Shown: piece by piece, positions 1-10,170 of the stretch
Layout: each line of letters starts with the position of its first letter
Numbering within the stretch: position 1 is the first letter of the stretch
Assembly (NCBI RefSeq): GCF_964204645.1
Contig: NC_134027.1
Location: 19,616,560 to 19,680,559, forward strand
Reading direction: 5' to 3'
From: Tubulanus polymorphus
Taxonomy: Eukaryota; Animalia; Nemertea
DNA: 64,000 bases
Position numbers and translations under genes: made by a program
The notes under the pieces: generated by a model
What the model saw: the letters and a program-made list of their open reading frames with translations, nothing else
Told to the model about the DNA's origin: nothing
The model's database searches: none

Positions 1-173
1 TGCTGATGTGGTTGGCAGTATAGCCTATGCTGTAAAAAGACTGCTATCATGTCCAATTGAGGTTACCAAGTATCGTATATTTAGAAGTAGATAAAGAGGA
101 CTGGCTCCAGATTCCCACGCTGTCCCACTTCACATTGTACGTAAAATTCGTAATTTTGTTTTTTTTTTTTCAG

Positions 174-404
174 ATGAAATGAGCGACTATTTTATTCAAC
201 TGAAAAAACTAATCGAAGAAACTTACGCAATGAATGGCAATAAGAAGGTAGTGATAATACCCCACAGTATGGGTAATATCGTTGCGCTGTACTTCCTGAA
301 CAAAATAGTCAATCAAGCATGGAAAGATAAATATGTCAAAACAATGATTACACTGGCTGGACCATGGGGTGGTGCTTCAAAATTAGTCAGATTAATGGCG
401 TCAG
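174..404 (+). CDS. PLA2G15: Internal exon of lysosomal phospholipase A2 / LCAT-family acyltransferase (catalytic Ser exon)
   Basis: Polypyrimidine tract + CAG acceptor (171-173) and GTTAGT donor at 405. Translation contains the lipase nucleophile elbow IPHSMG and WKDKYV...LAGPWGG, typical of PLA2G15/LCAT. The phase-1 end joins the 9653 exon to read ...ASG|DNLG. Confidence 0.9.
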
Positions 405-1134
405 GTTAGTAGAGTAGTTGTTAATATTTGTCTTAGGTGTTCATATGGTAGGCCTCTGAGATGATAGGTTGTAGAGCAGGGTGAGTGAGTGATTTAAGTG
501 TTTTTGACTATGGTTTCCAAGTCGTTATTTGATGTGAGTGAATGGTTTAGGTTCCAGGATAAGGTAAGGTAGTGTTCCAGGATAACGTAGTGTGGGTGAG
601 CAATGCTTGTGACTGGGGTGCTAGAAGTTTCCTTTATTTTTGGTTTACCTTTGTTAGCGATATGAAGTTGGCATTGAGCCAATTTCATGTAAAATCGCGG
701 TACGTTTTTAGCCCACTTGGGACTTAAGTCCCAGCGGGCTATTGCGTTCACTTTTCGTCCGTCCGTCCGTCCGTAGACGGAATCCAGTTATTTTGGGAAG
801 TTTTGAAGACGCTTCAAGGTAACGTCTTGATATTTGGGTTACACGTGTATCTACCCTAGAAACAACATCTTCAGCCCAAAAACTGGCCCTGTCAGAATCA
901 AGGTGGCTGACTGGCAGCCATTGTTGTTCGCCAAAATCAGCACTTTTTACACATTTTTGAACTTTTTGAGGGAAATTTTGAAGACGCTTCGATCAATTAC
1001 CTTGATCTTTCGGATATATATGAATCCCCCCAGGGCCCATCAACGAAACAAAAGTTGGGTCAGTCGGACTCAAGATGGCCGTCCTATGACCTTTTTAGTG
1101 CCCAAAAATGTTAATATTTACTTCGAATACATTC

Positions 1135-1251
1135 CCTGGGAAAATACACTATAGCCATATTGCTTTTGGCTAGGCAGATAACGCCCGAATCGACTTTTGG
1201 TAGGGGCGCCGTAACTTAGCGCCATCTGGCGAGACGCCACCATCTTTTTGC
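1135..1251 (+). repeat. DIRS left inverted terminal repeat
   Basis: Reverse complement of 6996-7112, with 2 mismatches seen. Confidence 0.92.
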
Positions 1252-1625
1252 TTGGCGCTTGTTCTCTAGAGAACGTGTTTCGGCAGTGCTCGTAAATCGG
1301 TTAAAATTCTTCGTGTTGGATCGGACATCCGTTCTAATTGATATAAGAAACAGACATAAGAGTGATTGATCTTGGAATAGAAGTCGAACTTCGGGTGAGA
1401 TCGTTTTTAATTTATGCGCATTTCAACATTTTGCCACCGGTTTTCTACTTCCGGTTTCGCGGGAGCGCCGTGCTGTTTTCTAAGCGGCTCCTCCCGCCTT
1501 ATATATTTAATAATTATCATTCAACGTAATTGATTTCCGTCTCATCATTCACGAAAATTAATTATCTGTACTAAAAATCGTATCAATAATTAACCCTTCA
1601 TTTTCAGCTTATTTTAGGGTTTAAC

Positions 1626-3133
1626 ATGTCGGATCACGACGTCTCCAGTTCCTCTAGGGGACCGAGATTTAAACGTTTGGGTAAGGTTGATACACCTTCT
1701 AAGACCCCAGCGTCCTCATCGGGCAAGGTTGATACACCTGAATGCCCGGATACTCGGAAACAGGGCAATGATCCGGGACGATTCGTGTCTAGGTCCAGGT
1801 CCCGATCGAGATTTAGTCGGTCCGACTCTTCGTCTCCTACTAGGCGTAGGCACCAGCGCTCTAATAAAAAACGACGTCGTTCACCGTCTGACCCCAGCTC
1901 TGGGTCAAGGTCTCGTTCTAGGTCCCGTTCTAGAGTAAGTCGAACCTATTCTCCGTCACCTACCAGGCGTAGGCACAAGCGTGCTCATAAGCAACAACGT
2001 CGTCGCTCACGTTCTAGATCACTGGCTGATAAGCCGTCTGACTCTAGTGACATCAAGAATATGCTAGCGATATTCTCGCAGGAGATCGCTTCCCTTAAGG
2101 AACAACTAAAAGGTAAGGAAACCCCGGGCCCCAAGCCTCCATCAGTGCCAACAGGGCTGTCCTGCAACCCAACAGATGGGTTGGTGTTGGATGAGGTCAA
2201 CGATTTTTCTGACGAGGAAAAATCTCATGATCCAGAAGAACCTGGTCTATCCAGGGACGGAGACATGCACAGATCGTGCTCTCCGTCACCATCCACAATG
2301 GAAGAGATGGGAGACATTCCATTCAAGGACTTAGTAAAGAAGTTTTCTCCCGGTACGGAGGTACCAAGGCCAAACCTAAAACAACCCAGCCTAGAGGGTC
2401 GGCCGCCAAAATCTTCGGTCCATCCGATGACACCGAAGAGTTAGTTTTAGCACCACATTCTGCATATAGAGAAGAATGGCGTGAGACTTTGTACACGACA
2501 CTGTGGGGTGGTAAGCGTACAGACAATACTTGGTCTTATCCTCCATTAGAGGCAGGCATGAAGGATTCAAAATTTTTCTCTCCGTTATATCCTCCCATAT
2601 CGGGGTACAAGACTTATTATTACGCCACATCAGGTGCTGATGATCCCGGATTCAAACCACACTTTGAGTTAGACTCCGATGGGTCAACCACGATAGGACT
2701 ACCCAAAAAACCACCGCCCTCCTACACTTTACCAAAACAAGCAATGGGAGCGTTGAACCAATTAGCTCGTAGCATTTGTCAAATCGCGTCTTTCCAAGAC
2801 ATTTCACTGGTTGCCATGCACGGCGAGTTAGAAAAAGTAAAGTCTCAACTAGTCCAGGATAATCCGGATCCAGGGACAATGTCCGAACACGTGGTGACCA
2901 TAGAGAGAATTCTACAGTCTATGGCCAAGGCGTTGTGTCACCAAGTACCTTTGGGTATAAGGATCCAGGCTAACCTAGCCTTGATCAATAGGTATAGCTT
3001 GTTGGCCGACTCCAAACTTCCAGACCCGGTGAAAGTAGCTCTATACAGAGCACCGCTGGGCAATTCCTCACGAGTTTTCTCTGGATGCTGCGCATCCGCC
3101 GATGCGGAGGCCACCAAGAGAATCTCAGGCTAA
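1626..3133 (+). pseudogene. DIRS ORF1 (gag-like), frameshifted near 2340
   Basis: RS-rich low-complexity N-terminus (1626-2444 frame). It continues in the 2276-3133 frame, which has the DIRS gag-like C-terminus (ANLALINR...LYRAPLG...VF). One added base near 2341 joins DLVK to EVFSR. Confidence 0.7.
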
Positions 3134-3430
3134 GGCCGGTAGGCAGTCATAGAAGACATCAAAAAAGCCTAGTTATTACCCCGGCAACTCTACCTACAGA
3201 AACTCACCGGCAAATCAGCCCGGATACAATCAATCTCAAGTCAACAGCAAATTAAGCTACAAAAAAGCGGGTTGGACAAGCTCCAAGGGAGCTCAAAGCG
3301 ACAACAATAACAATTTGAACTATGTCAGTTATTCTCAAAGTTCTTACAGTGACAATCCCCAAAGGGGTAGGGCTAGATTACGTAGGGGCTTCAATCGACC
3401 CTTTCGTGGCCGCGCCAACACAGTTACCCG

Positions 3431-6346
3431 TTGAAGATGGCTAGAAAAATTTGGCGACACTTGGGCTACAAAGATCGTTTCCAAAGGATACCGACTGAAA
3501 TTCGTTCACAAACCGCATCTATCTCATCAGCCGGTGGAATTGAGGCCGAAGTGGGGGCAGGAGTCCCACGTTATGCCAGCGATCAACGAGATGATTTTAA
3601 AAAGATCGCTGGAAGAAATCCCTCTAGGATCCCCGGGATGGTATTCAAGAATTTTCACCGTCCCAAAATCATCTGGGGGCTTAAGGACGGTAATAGATCT
3701 GTCAGCTCTAAATCGTTGTATCATAGCTCCAAAATTCAAGCTAACAACACCCAAGGAGGTGATTCAGGGGCTGGAGCCAGGCCAATGGGCAGCATCCATA
3801 GATCTGAGGGATGCATACCTACAAGTACCAATACACAGGAACTCAAGAGAGTATTTAAGAGTTCATTGGAGGGGAAGAACACACCAATTTCGGTCTCTGC
3901 CCTTCGGCCTGAGTTCAGCCCCTTGGGTCTACACCAAACTTGTCAAAAGGGTTCAGAAACACCTTCAGTCGAAGGGAGTTCGCATTTTCTGTTACCTGGA
4001 CGATTGGCTGGTTGTGGCAAATTCGAAAGCAGAGTGCAAGGAAGCCTTAGACAAGACACTGGCATTGATCCGTCAATTAGGTTTCATAGTGAATTTAGAG
4101 AAGTCCCAGTTGACCCCCTCTCAAAGGTTCACGTACCAAGGTATAGTCAGACCAGCACAGGCCAGAGTTCAGAAGCTGAGGGAGGCAGTTCTCGGTCTCC
4201 TGACGGGGGCGCCCAGATCGGCTCGGTCCTGGTCCCAGGTTTTGGGCCAGATGAGTTCCGTTGCACTCGTAGTTTCGCTCGGTCGTTTACACAGCCGTTC
4301 TCTTCAAAGATTCTGGAAGCAAGCTTGGAGATCGGTAGGGGAAGAGTGGGATACCTTATTGCCGGTACCACCGGTGAACCTAATCCCCGACCTCGAGTGG
4401 TGGACTCTCGCGCAGAACTTGACAAGAGGCACCTCCCTAGCGCCTTTGAAGGCCCCGATTCATCTATTCACGGATGCCAGCCATCAGGGCTGGGGAGCGC
4501 ATGTAGAAGGTTTTCAGAAAGCCGGGAACTGGTCTCGAGCAGAGGCTCATCTCCACATAAATCACCTGGAACTGTTAGCGGTTCAAAAGGCCTTCAAACA
4601 CTTCAAAAAGAGGTTAGGGGGTCATCATGTGTGGCTGTCAACGGACAACTCCACAGTAAAGGCTTATTTGCTCAACCAGGGGGGGACCAGGTCCCCAAAA
4701 TTATCCAACTTAGCAGCTCAGATTCTGACCTGGGTCCAGGCTCAAGGGATGATTCTTTCGGTTTCCCACCTGGCGGGCAGCCTGAATGTGGTGGCCGACG
4801 CTCTGTCTCGCCAAGACAAGCCAGTAGCCACCGAGTGGACATTGGCAGTCAGGGTAGCCAATCAAGTCCGGGCCCTGATGGGAAGTCCGAACGTGGACCT
4901 ATTTGCCACTCGCTTCAACACGAGGTGTCCGGTGTTTGTGTCCCCATTTCAAGACGACTTGGCGTGGGGGGTGGACGCTCTATCTCTGAGTTGGGACAAC
5001 CTGCTGGCTTATGCCTTTCCCCCCACTCCCCTACTCAATCGAGTGTTGGAGAAGATAGAGGGGGCAGTCAACTGTCAAGTGGTCTTAGTGGCTCCCTGTT
5101 GGCCGACTCAGACATGGTTCGTCAGACTCCTGCATCTACTGGTGGACTTCCCTCGCACTCTGCCCAATTACCCCGGGTTACTGTCCCAGGGACGGTTCAA
5201 GTTACACCCAAATCAATTCCAATTGAATCTACACGCCTGGCCATTGTCAAGCGACAGCTTTCAAATCAAGGAATTTCTTCGGGGGCAGCCAGATTTATCG
5301 TGGAATCCAAACATCCCTCTACCGGAGCATTGTACGATTCCAAATGGGAATGTTACTCCGATTGGTGTAATAGGAGAGCGGTGGATTCTCTCCACCCCTC
5401 TGTGTCAGAGTTAATAGATTTTTTCCTGTTCGGAGAGAAGAATAGACAGGTTATAACCATTAAAGGCTACAGATCAGCAATAGGGCATACTTTTCGTTCA
5501 GCGGGCGTTCCTGTAGTGACGGAGGATGTGAAAATAGCTCAATTAATATCAGGTTTTGGGGTTAAGAGACCCAAACAGGTTTCAGATATCCCGCCATGGG
5601 ACTTAACAGTGGTTCTTAGAGCACTTATGATCACTCCCTTCGAGCCTATCCGCAATACTACCCTGTCAGACTTATCTAAGAAAACGGTGTTCTTACTGTT
5701 CTTAGCGATGGCCGCGAGGCGTTCGGAGGTTCATGCTTTATCGATGCGTCCGGGTCATATTTCCTTTGGTCCACAAGATAGGTTTGTCATTTTACGGCCT
5801 GGTCTTAGTTTTATTGCCAAGAATCAAAAGGCTTCCGTAGCAGCCAGATCTTGGAAGATCGAGGCTTTGACGCATAGGGTATCTCACGATCTTCCTGATA
5901 CGTCGCTCTGTCCAGTAAGAGCTTTAAAGGAGTACCTAGAGAGGACACTTCCCCACAGACAAGATAGGGAGAGGCTCTTTATTCCTCTCCGACAAGGGGA
6001 TAAGAGAGATATCTCAAGGGACACAATCGCTAGATGGATTGTATCTTTAATTAAAGAAACTCTGCATTCTCAGGGGGCCCAGGCTCCGCTCGGGATACAT
6101 TCTCATCAGGTGAGGGCATTAGCCACATCCTGGTCATTATTCACGGGGGCTTCCTTGGAACAGGTTTGTCGGTCAGCCTTCTGGACGTCTCCTACCTTCT
6201 CGTCATTTTATTTGAAGGACGTCTCTGGACAGTTTGGCTCACTGTCCACGTTGGGTCCAATTGTTACTGCACAGCGAATAAGCGTACAAAAACCCAAAAA
6301 ACATTGGGCCCAGTTAGACCTTTTTAAACCCGGTCCTGGGGATTAA
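3431..6346 (+). CDS. DIRS tyrosine recombinase ORF (catalytic domain about 5200-6346, long N-terminal overlap with RT)
   Basis: YR catalytic residues AARRSE (R), AKN (K), HQVR (HxxR), SAFW and FSSFY (Y), plus the LCPVRAL motif. Confidence 0.9.
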   Translation: MKMARKIWRHLGYKDRFQRIPTEIRSQTASISSAGGIEAEVGAGVPRYASDQRDDFKKIAGRNPSRIPGMVFKNFHRPKIIWGLKDGNRSVSSKSLYHSSKIQANNTQGGDSGAGARPMGSIHRSEGCIPTSTNTQELKRVFKSSLEGKNTPISVSALRPEFSPLGLHQTCQKGSETPSVEGSSHFLLPGRLAGCGKFESRVQGSLRQDTGIDPSIRFHSEFREVPVDPLSKVHVPRYSQTSTGQSSEAEGGSSRSPDGGAQIGSVLVPGFGPDEFRCTRSFARSFTQPFSSKILEASLEIGRGRVGYLIAGTTGEPNPRPRVVDSRAELDKRHLPSAFEGPDSSIHGCQPSGLGSACRRFSESRELVSSRGSSPHKSPGTVSGSKGLQTLQKEVRGSSCVAVNGQLHSKGLFAQPGGDQVPKIIQLSSSDSDLGPGSRDDSFGFPPGGQPECGGRRSVSPRQASSHRVDIGSQGSQSSPGPDGKSERGPICHSLQHEVSGVCVPISRRLGVGGGRSISELGQPAGLCLSPHSPTQSSVGEDRGGSQLSSGLSGSLLADSDMVRQTPASTGGLPSHSAQLPRVTVPGTVQVTPKSIPIESTRLAIVKRQLSNQGISSGAARFIVESKHPSTGALYDSKWECYSDWCNRRAVDSLHPSVSELIDFFLFGEKNRQVITIKGYRSAIGHTFRSAGVPVVTEDVKIAQLISGFGVKRPKQVSDIPPWDLTVVLRALMITPFEPIRNTTLSDLSKKTVFLLFLAMAARRSEVHALSMRPGHISFGPQDRFVILRPGLSFIAKNQKASVAARSWKIEALTHRVSHDLPDTSLCPVRALKEYLERTLPHRQDRERLFIPLRQGDKRDISRDTIARWIVSLIKETLHSQGAQAPLGIHSHQVRALATSWSLFTGASLEQVCRSAFWTSPTFSSFYLKDVSGQFGSLSTLGPIVTAQRISVQKPKKHWAQLDLFKPGPGD
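3534..5414 (+). CDS. DIRS reverse transcriptase - RNase H - adenine methyltransferase-like ORF
   Basis: RT motifs IDLRDAYLQVPI, LPFGLSSAP, YLDD. RNase H motifs FTDAS, HINHLEL, TDNST, NVVADALSR. MT-like motifs DLFAT...YAFPP. The true start is probably upstream, and a small deletion is likely after FTYQGI. Confidence 0.92.
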   Translation: MELRPKWGQESHVMPAINEMILKRSLEEIPLGSPGWYSRIFTVPKSSGGLRTVIDLSALNRCIIAPKFKLTTPKEVIQGLEPGQWAASIDLRDAYLQVPIHRNSREYLRVHWRGRTHQFRSLPFGLSSAPWVYTKLVKRVQKHLQSKGVRIFCYLDDWLVVANSKAECKEALDKTLALIRQLGFIVNLEKSQLTPSQRFTYQGIVRPAQARVQKLREAVLGLLTGAPRSARSWSQVLGQMSSVALVVSLGRLHSRSLQRFWKQAWRSVGEEWDTLLPVPPVNLIPDLEWWTLAQNLTRGTSLAPLKAPIHLFTDASHQGWGAHVEGFQKAGNWSRAEAHLHINHLELLAVQKAFKHFKKRLGGHHVWLSTDNSTVKAYLLNQGGTRSPKLSNLAAQILTWVQAQGMILSVSHLAGSLNVVADALSRQDKPVATEWTLAVRVANQVRALMGSPNVDLFATRFNTRCPVFVSPFQDDLAWGVDALSLSWDNLLAYAFPPTPLLNRVLEKIEGAVNCQVVLVAPCWPTQTWFVRLLHLLVDFPRTLPNYPGLLSQGRFKLHPNQFQLNLHAWPLSSDSFQIKEFLRGQPDLSWNPNIPLPEHCTIPNGNVTPIGVIGERWILSTPLCQS

Positions 6347-6848
6347 AGGGTTTCTTCTGTATTCAGCTATAAGAAAGTTGATGTATATAAGTTGTGGGCA
6401 TCTTTTACAGGGCCTATGTTACCTTAAGACAGTTAGTGGTAAGGGTCCCTTTTGTTATAGGTATTAAGTTTAGACATGAATCATGATTTCATTTATATAG
6501 CCTGGGCAAGGCTGCGTCTAGAGTTTAAGTTTTTTGCCTACTGGTTTAGGTTAATATCGAGGTAATGGCAGTCAGTGCCTTACTAAGGTATCCGGGAGTC
6601 AGTTGACACCGGGTTGTTTGATTTCCTTTTTTCGACTCAAACGTAACAGGGTCATAATAGGCATGTTATTATCTACCAGTACAGTTAGGAACTGAAAAGG
6701 AGGCAGCACGGTAGCTCCCTGATTTTTGGTTTTCCACTGGCTCACCTGGGGTTTGTTGCGGTTTTCTGCAGAGAGTTTTACGGTGAGTGTAAGTGTAGAG
6801 AATTTAAATCGACTTTTGGTCGCCTCCCTCCTCCATTCTTTGGGATTC

Positions 6849-6948
6849 TGGCTATAGTGTATTTTCCCAGGGAATGTATTCGAAGTAAATATTACAATTT
6901 TGTTCAAAAATTGGTATTTACGAGGAATACTTACCTGGGAAAATACAC
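6849..6948. other. DIRS internal complementary region (ICR)
   Basis: The first half is the reverse complement of the left end (1112-1157) and the second half is the reverse complement of the right end (about 7098-7155), i.e. a copy of the circle junction. Confidence 0.92.
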
Positions 6949-6995
6949 GGGTATTCCCACCCAGCCGTCCCCCAGGCGATTGAGGGATTATTGGC

Positions 6996-7112
6996 GCAAA
7001 AAGATGATGGCGTCTCGCCAGATGGCGCTATGTTACGGCGCCCCTACCAAAAGTCGATTCGGGCGTTATCTGCCTAGCCAAAAGCAATATGGCTATAGTG
7101 TATTTTCCCAGG
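6996..7112 (-). repeat. DIRS right inverted terminal repeat
   Basis: Reverse complement of 1135-1251. Confidence 0.92.
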
Positions 7113-7347
7113 TAAGTATTCCTCGTAAATACCAATTTTTGAAAAAAATTGTAATTTTTGCCCGAATTCTGAGTCCTGTAGCTTCCTACTGGTTTACCAT
7201 TTCTCATTGCAATTTGTGATGGGTATTCTTTGGAAAGGGATGTTTTATACCTCAGACAGGTATTTTTCATCAGCCAATTATGACGCAATTGGCGGCCATC
7301 TTGGTGTTGACAGTACTCATTCGTAAGTGGGAAAAAGTTTTTCCACA

Positions 7348-7945
7348 TTATATTGATACCTAAGCGTATTTTGCTACCACAATCAATTAGAAAGTTGTAG
7401 CTCATAACGTGCTCTATGATTGTGGTGAGTTTCAAGGTAATTGGATTTCGTATATGGCCACCAGGGGGCGTTGAATAATACAATATCTTAGCATTTCTTT
7501 ATTATATTCGTACCTATGCATATTTTGTAACCACAATCAATTGGAAAGTTGTAGCTCATGACATCATCTATGATTGTTGTGAGTTTTAAGGACATTAGTT
7601 TTTCTATATGGTCACCAGGGGGCGTTGAATAGTAGAATAACTTAGTATTTCATTATTATATTGGTACCTAGGCATATTTTGTTACCATGATCAATTGCAA
7701 AGTTGTAGTTCATGACATGTTCTATGATTGTGGTGAGTTTCGAGGTCATTGGGTTTTGAATATGGTCACCAGGGGGCGTTGAATAGTAGAATGACTTAGT
7801 ATTTCCATATTAAATTGGTAACGAGGCATATTTTGTTATCACAATCAATTACAAAATCGTAGCTGCTGACATGTTCTATGATTTTGGTGAGTTTCAAGGT
7901 CGTTGGTTTTTGTAAATGGTCACCAGGGGGCATTGAATATTGAAA
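7348..7945 (+). repeat. 154-bp tandem repeat, about 4 copies, inside the HINE
   Basis: Anchor (C/T)CA(C/T)(A/G)ATCAATT at 7377, 7531, 7685 and 7839; each unit carries TGG(C/T)CACCAGGGGGC(G/A). Confidence 0.9.
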
Positions 7946-9652
7946 TTGTTAGATTGTTGAGCATTTGAAACCATTTCCCAAGTGGGCATGGTGTCCCTGG
8001 ACCCCTAGTTTTATATGAGCATTTGTTTCATTGGTTCTCAGGTTAAACGACGTATAATCGATTGAAGACATGACGAACCTCCGCCGATGTACATGGTCAA
8101 CTTTGTTAAAATTCTACGATAAACTGTTTTTGGCGGGAAAATTCTTAGCTCTCGCGTATAAAATTGCAATGACCTCGATTGGGGGGCGTTGTCTCTACGA
8201 GCAAATGTGATTGGCTGTTTATGGGATATGGGATATATATATGTTTTTGGGATGGGAATTCCGGCGCTACTAAAATAATTATGGTAAAGCCATAGAATGG
8301 CGAACGTTTCATTGGACTAGGTGCCGTATACGAGCAAATTTCAAATTTTAATTACCGGTGATTGATTTGATTGACACTGAAGTGCAAGCGAACATTCACT
8401 GACACAAGGCCTCCACGTGCGCGCGGAGTGCTATAATAGACTGTCTAATACGATCTAATACGCCGATTTCTTACTGCGCCGGTTTAGATTCCGCGGCCAT
8501 ACGTTGGAAGAAGTTTCCAAGACTAAATATTCAGCCACCCTCTGATATGTGACATCATATGAATTTTATTTGAATATTTTTTCATATTGTGAAAAATATT
8601 TCTTTGAAAATATAAAATAGTTTCCCTGCCGCGCCTACCTGTACCCTACAAAATGTATATTTTTGGTCTTATTTGACTACAAAATAATTCTTTGAGAAAG
8701 ATGAAATACAATATAGAACTTTGAAGTCACAAATTAAAAAGATTTTTCAAGCAATGCCCTTACCCCAAACAACCTCTAGCTTTCAAAGTAAACCACACTT
8801 TGCCCATGGGCAATTTATTTACCATATACCATAAGGGTACATAAAAATCCGTTATTTTAATATGTGTGGAAAAAAAAGCAGTGGTACTGTCAACCCCTTG
8901 TTGGGTTCAGAGCATAACAGAGGATGAAAAATGTTTGGATAATTCTTAGCCGAATTTAGTATTTAACTTCTAGCTCAAATTTGATGGCATTGAAAATCGA
9001 CATTTACTGTCTCTTGCTCACTGTATAGTCTCTAATTTTAAATGAATTTCGGATTTTCTGCTACTTCCATGGAAAACCTTATTATTGAAGCTTGCGCCGT
9101 GTTTTCAGTTATGTAGAATATGTAATAAATTGTTATTACTTGTGACTGAAAATACTAAGCAGCAAATTATAGGTATATGGCGAGATCTGGATATTTTAGT
9201 GGTATAATCCAGGATTTAAAACGATCTACTTACATACACAGATTTTTTACGGTACCGGTATGGTAGCTTCCGCAGCCATACATTGGACATTCATTATTTA
9301 GACACCCTTTGATTGGTGATATCATGAATGTTATTACAATTATTTTTCATATGGTGAAAAATATTTTTTTCCATATAAAGAATAGTTTTCCTTGGGCGTG
9401 GACATTAGATTTTGGACGTAAACCAGACTTTGCCCATGGGCTTTTATTTCATCTTAAAGTTAGTTCAAAAATTGAACTACCAGGGTGTTACATAACTAGG
9501 AAATTAGTTATTTGCATTGTTGATTAAGCATGCTTTCGTTCTGTGAAGGGTCAGAGTGCCAATGAGTTTGAATCCCTGGTGGGACGTAGGGCTGATAGAT
9601 GACCCCTTTATGTATGAATGTCTTACTTATGGGAGTCTTTTCCTTTTTGTAG

Positions 9653-10170
9653 GTGATAATTTGGGAGTTTTCGTGGTAAATCCTCTAGTAGCGCGTACCC
9701 AGCAGCGAACCATGTCTAGCACGGCGTGGATGTTACCGAGCACTAAATTCTGGAAGAAGGATGAAATTCTCGTTTTCACGCCGCATAGAAATTACACCGT
9801 ACACGACTACGAACAATTCTTCACAGATTTGAATTTCAAGACTGGCTGGGAAATGAGAAAAGACACGATGAATCTTATACATGATCTGACGCCACCTGGT
9901 GTCGAAGTTCACTGTATTCACGGCAACGGATTAAAAACCCCGGGCCAATTCCGTTATACAACAGGAATGTGGCCTGATAAACAGCCATACATGATTCCAG
10001 ATGACGGAGACGGTACTGTGAATATGAGAAGTTTGCTGGGTTGTTTACTATGGCGCGGAAAACAAAAATATCCTGTGTATCATCAAGTATTCCCAAATGC
10101 CGAACATATGAAAATGTTGAAAGTTCCAGCTATTATAGCTTATATCAAAAAAGTTTTGACCGGTTTATGA
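9653..10170 (+). CDS. PLA2G15: Last coding exon of lysosomal phospholipase A2 / LCAT-family gene
   Basis: TCCTTTTTGTAG acceptor (AG 9651-9652). Translation has PPGVEVHCIHG, DGDGTV (catalytic Asp) and AEH (catalytic His); stop TGA 10168-10170. Intron 405-9652 is in compatible phase. Confidence 0.9.

Larger units (their letters stand above)
1112..7155 (+). mobile_element. DIRS1-like tyrosine-recombinase retrotransposon, structurally complete, gag frameshifted
   Basis: 117-bp ITRs (1135-1251 / 6996-7112), an internal complementary region (6849-6948) matching both ends, and gag, RT-RNaseH-MT and YR ORFs. Confidence 0.95.
705..8012. mobile_element. Helentron-associated non-autonomous element (HINE / DINE-1 / pearl-like), split by the DIRS insertion (parts 705-1111 and 7156-8012)
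   Basis: T-run; 5' sub-terminal repeat GCCCACTTGGGA (711-722) within a hairpin; (GTCC)n microsatellite about 756-773; internal tandem array; 3' inverted copy TCCCAAGTGGGC (7976-7987) followed by a short GTCC/GGAC hairpin, CTAG and a T-run. This is the canonical HINE layout. Confidence 0.75.

Noticed and set aside
6599-7483. Short ORFs over the DIRS 3' end
   Set aside because: They overlap the ICR/ITR non-coding structure and have no protein motifs.
7348-7945. Tandem array as a CRISPR locus
   Set aside because: Whole 154-bp units are homologous, there are no unique spacers or cas genes, and the context is eukaryotic.
8541-9450. Degenerate direct repeat (about 8541-8810 vs 9310-9445)
   Set aside because: Old repeat fragments with no recognisable ends or coding capacity.
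9556-9652. N-terminal part of ORF 9556-10170
   Set aside because: Intronic read-through upstream of the splice acceptor at 9652.
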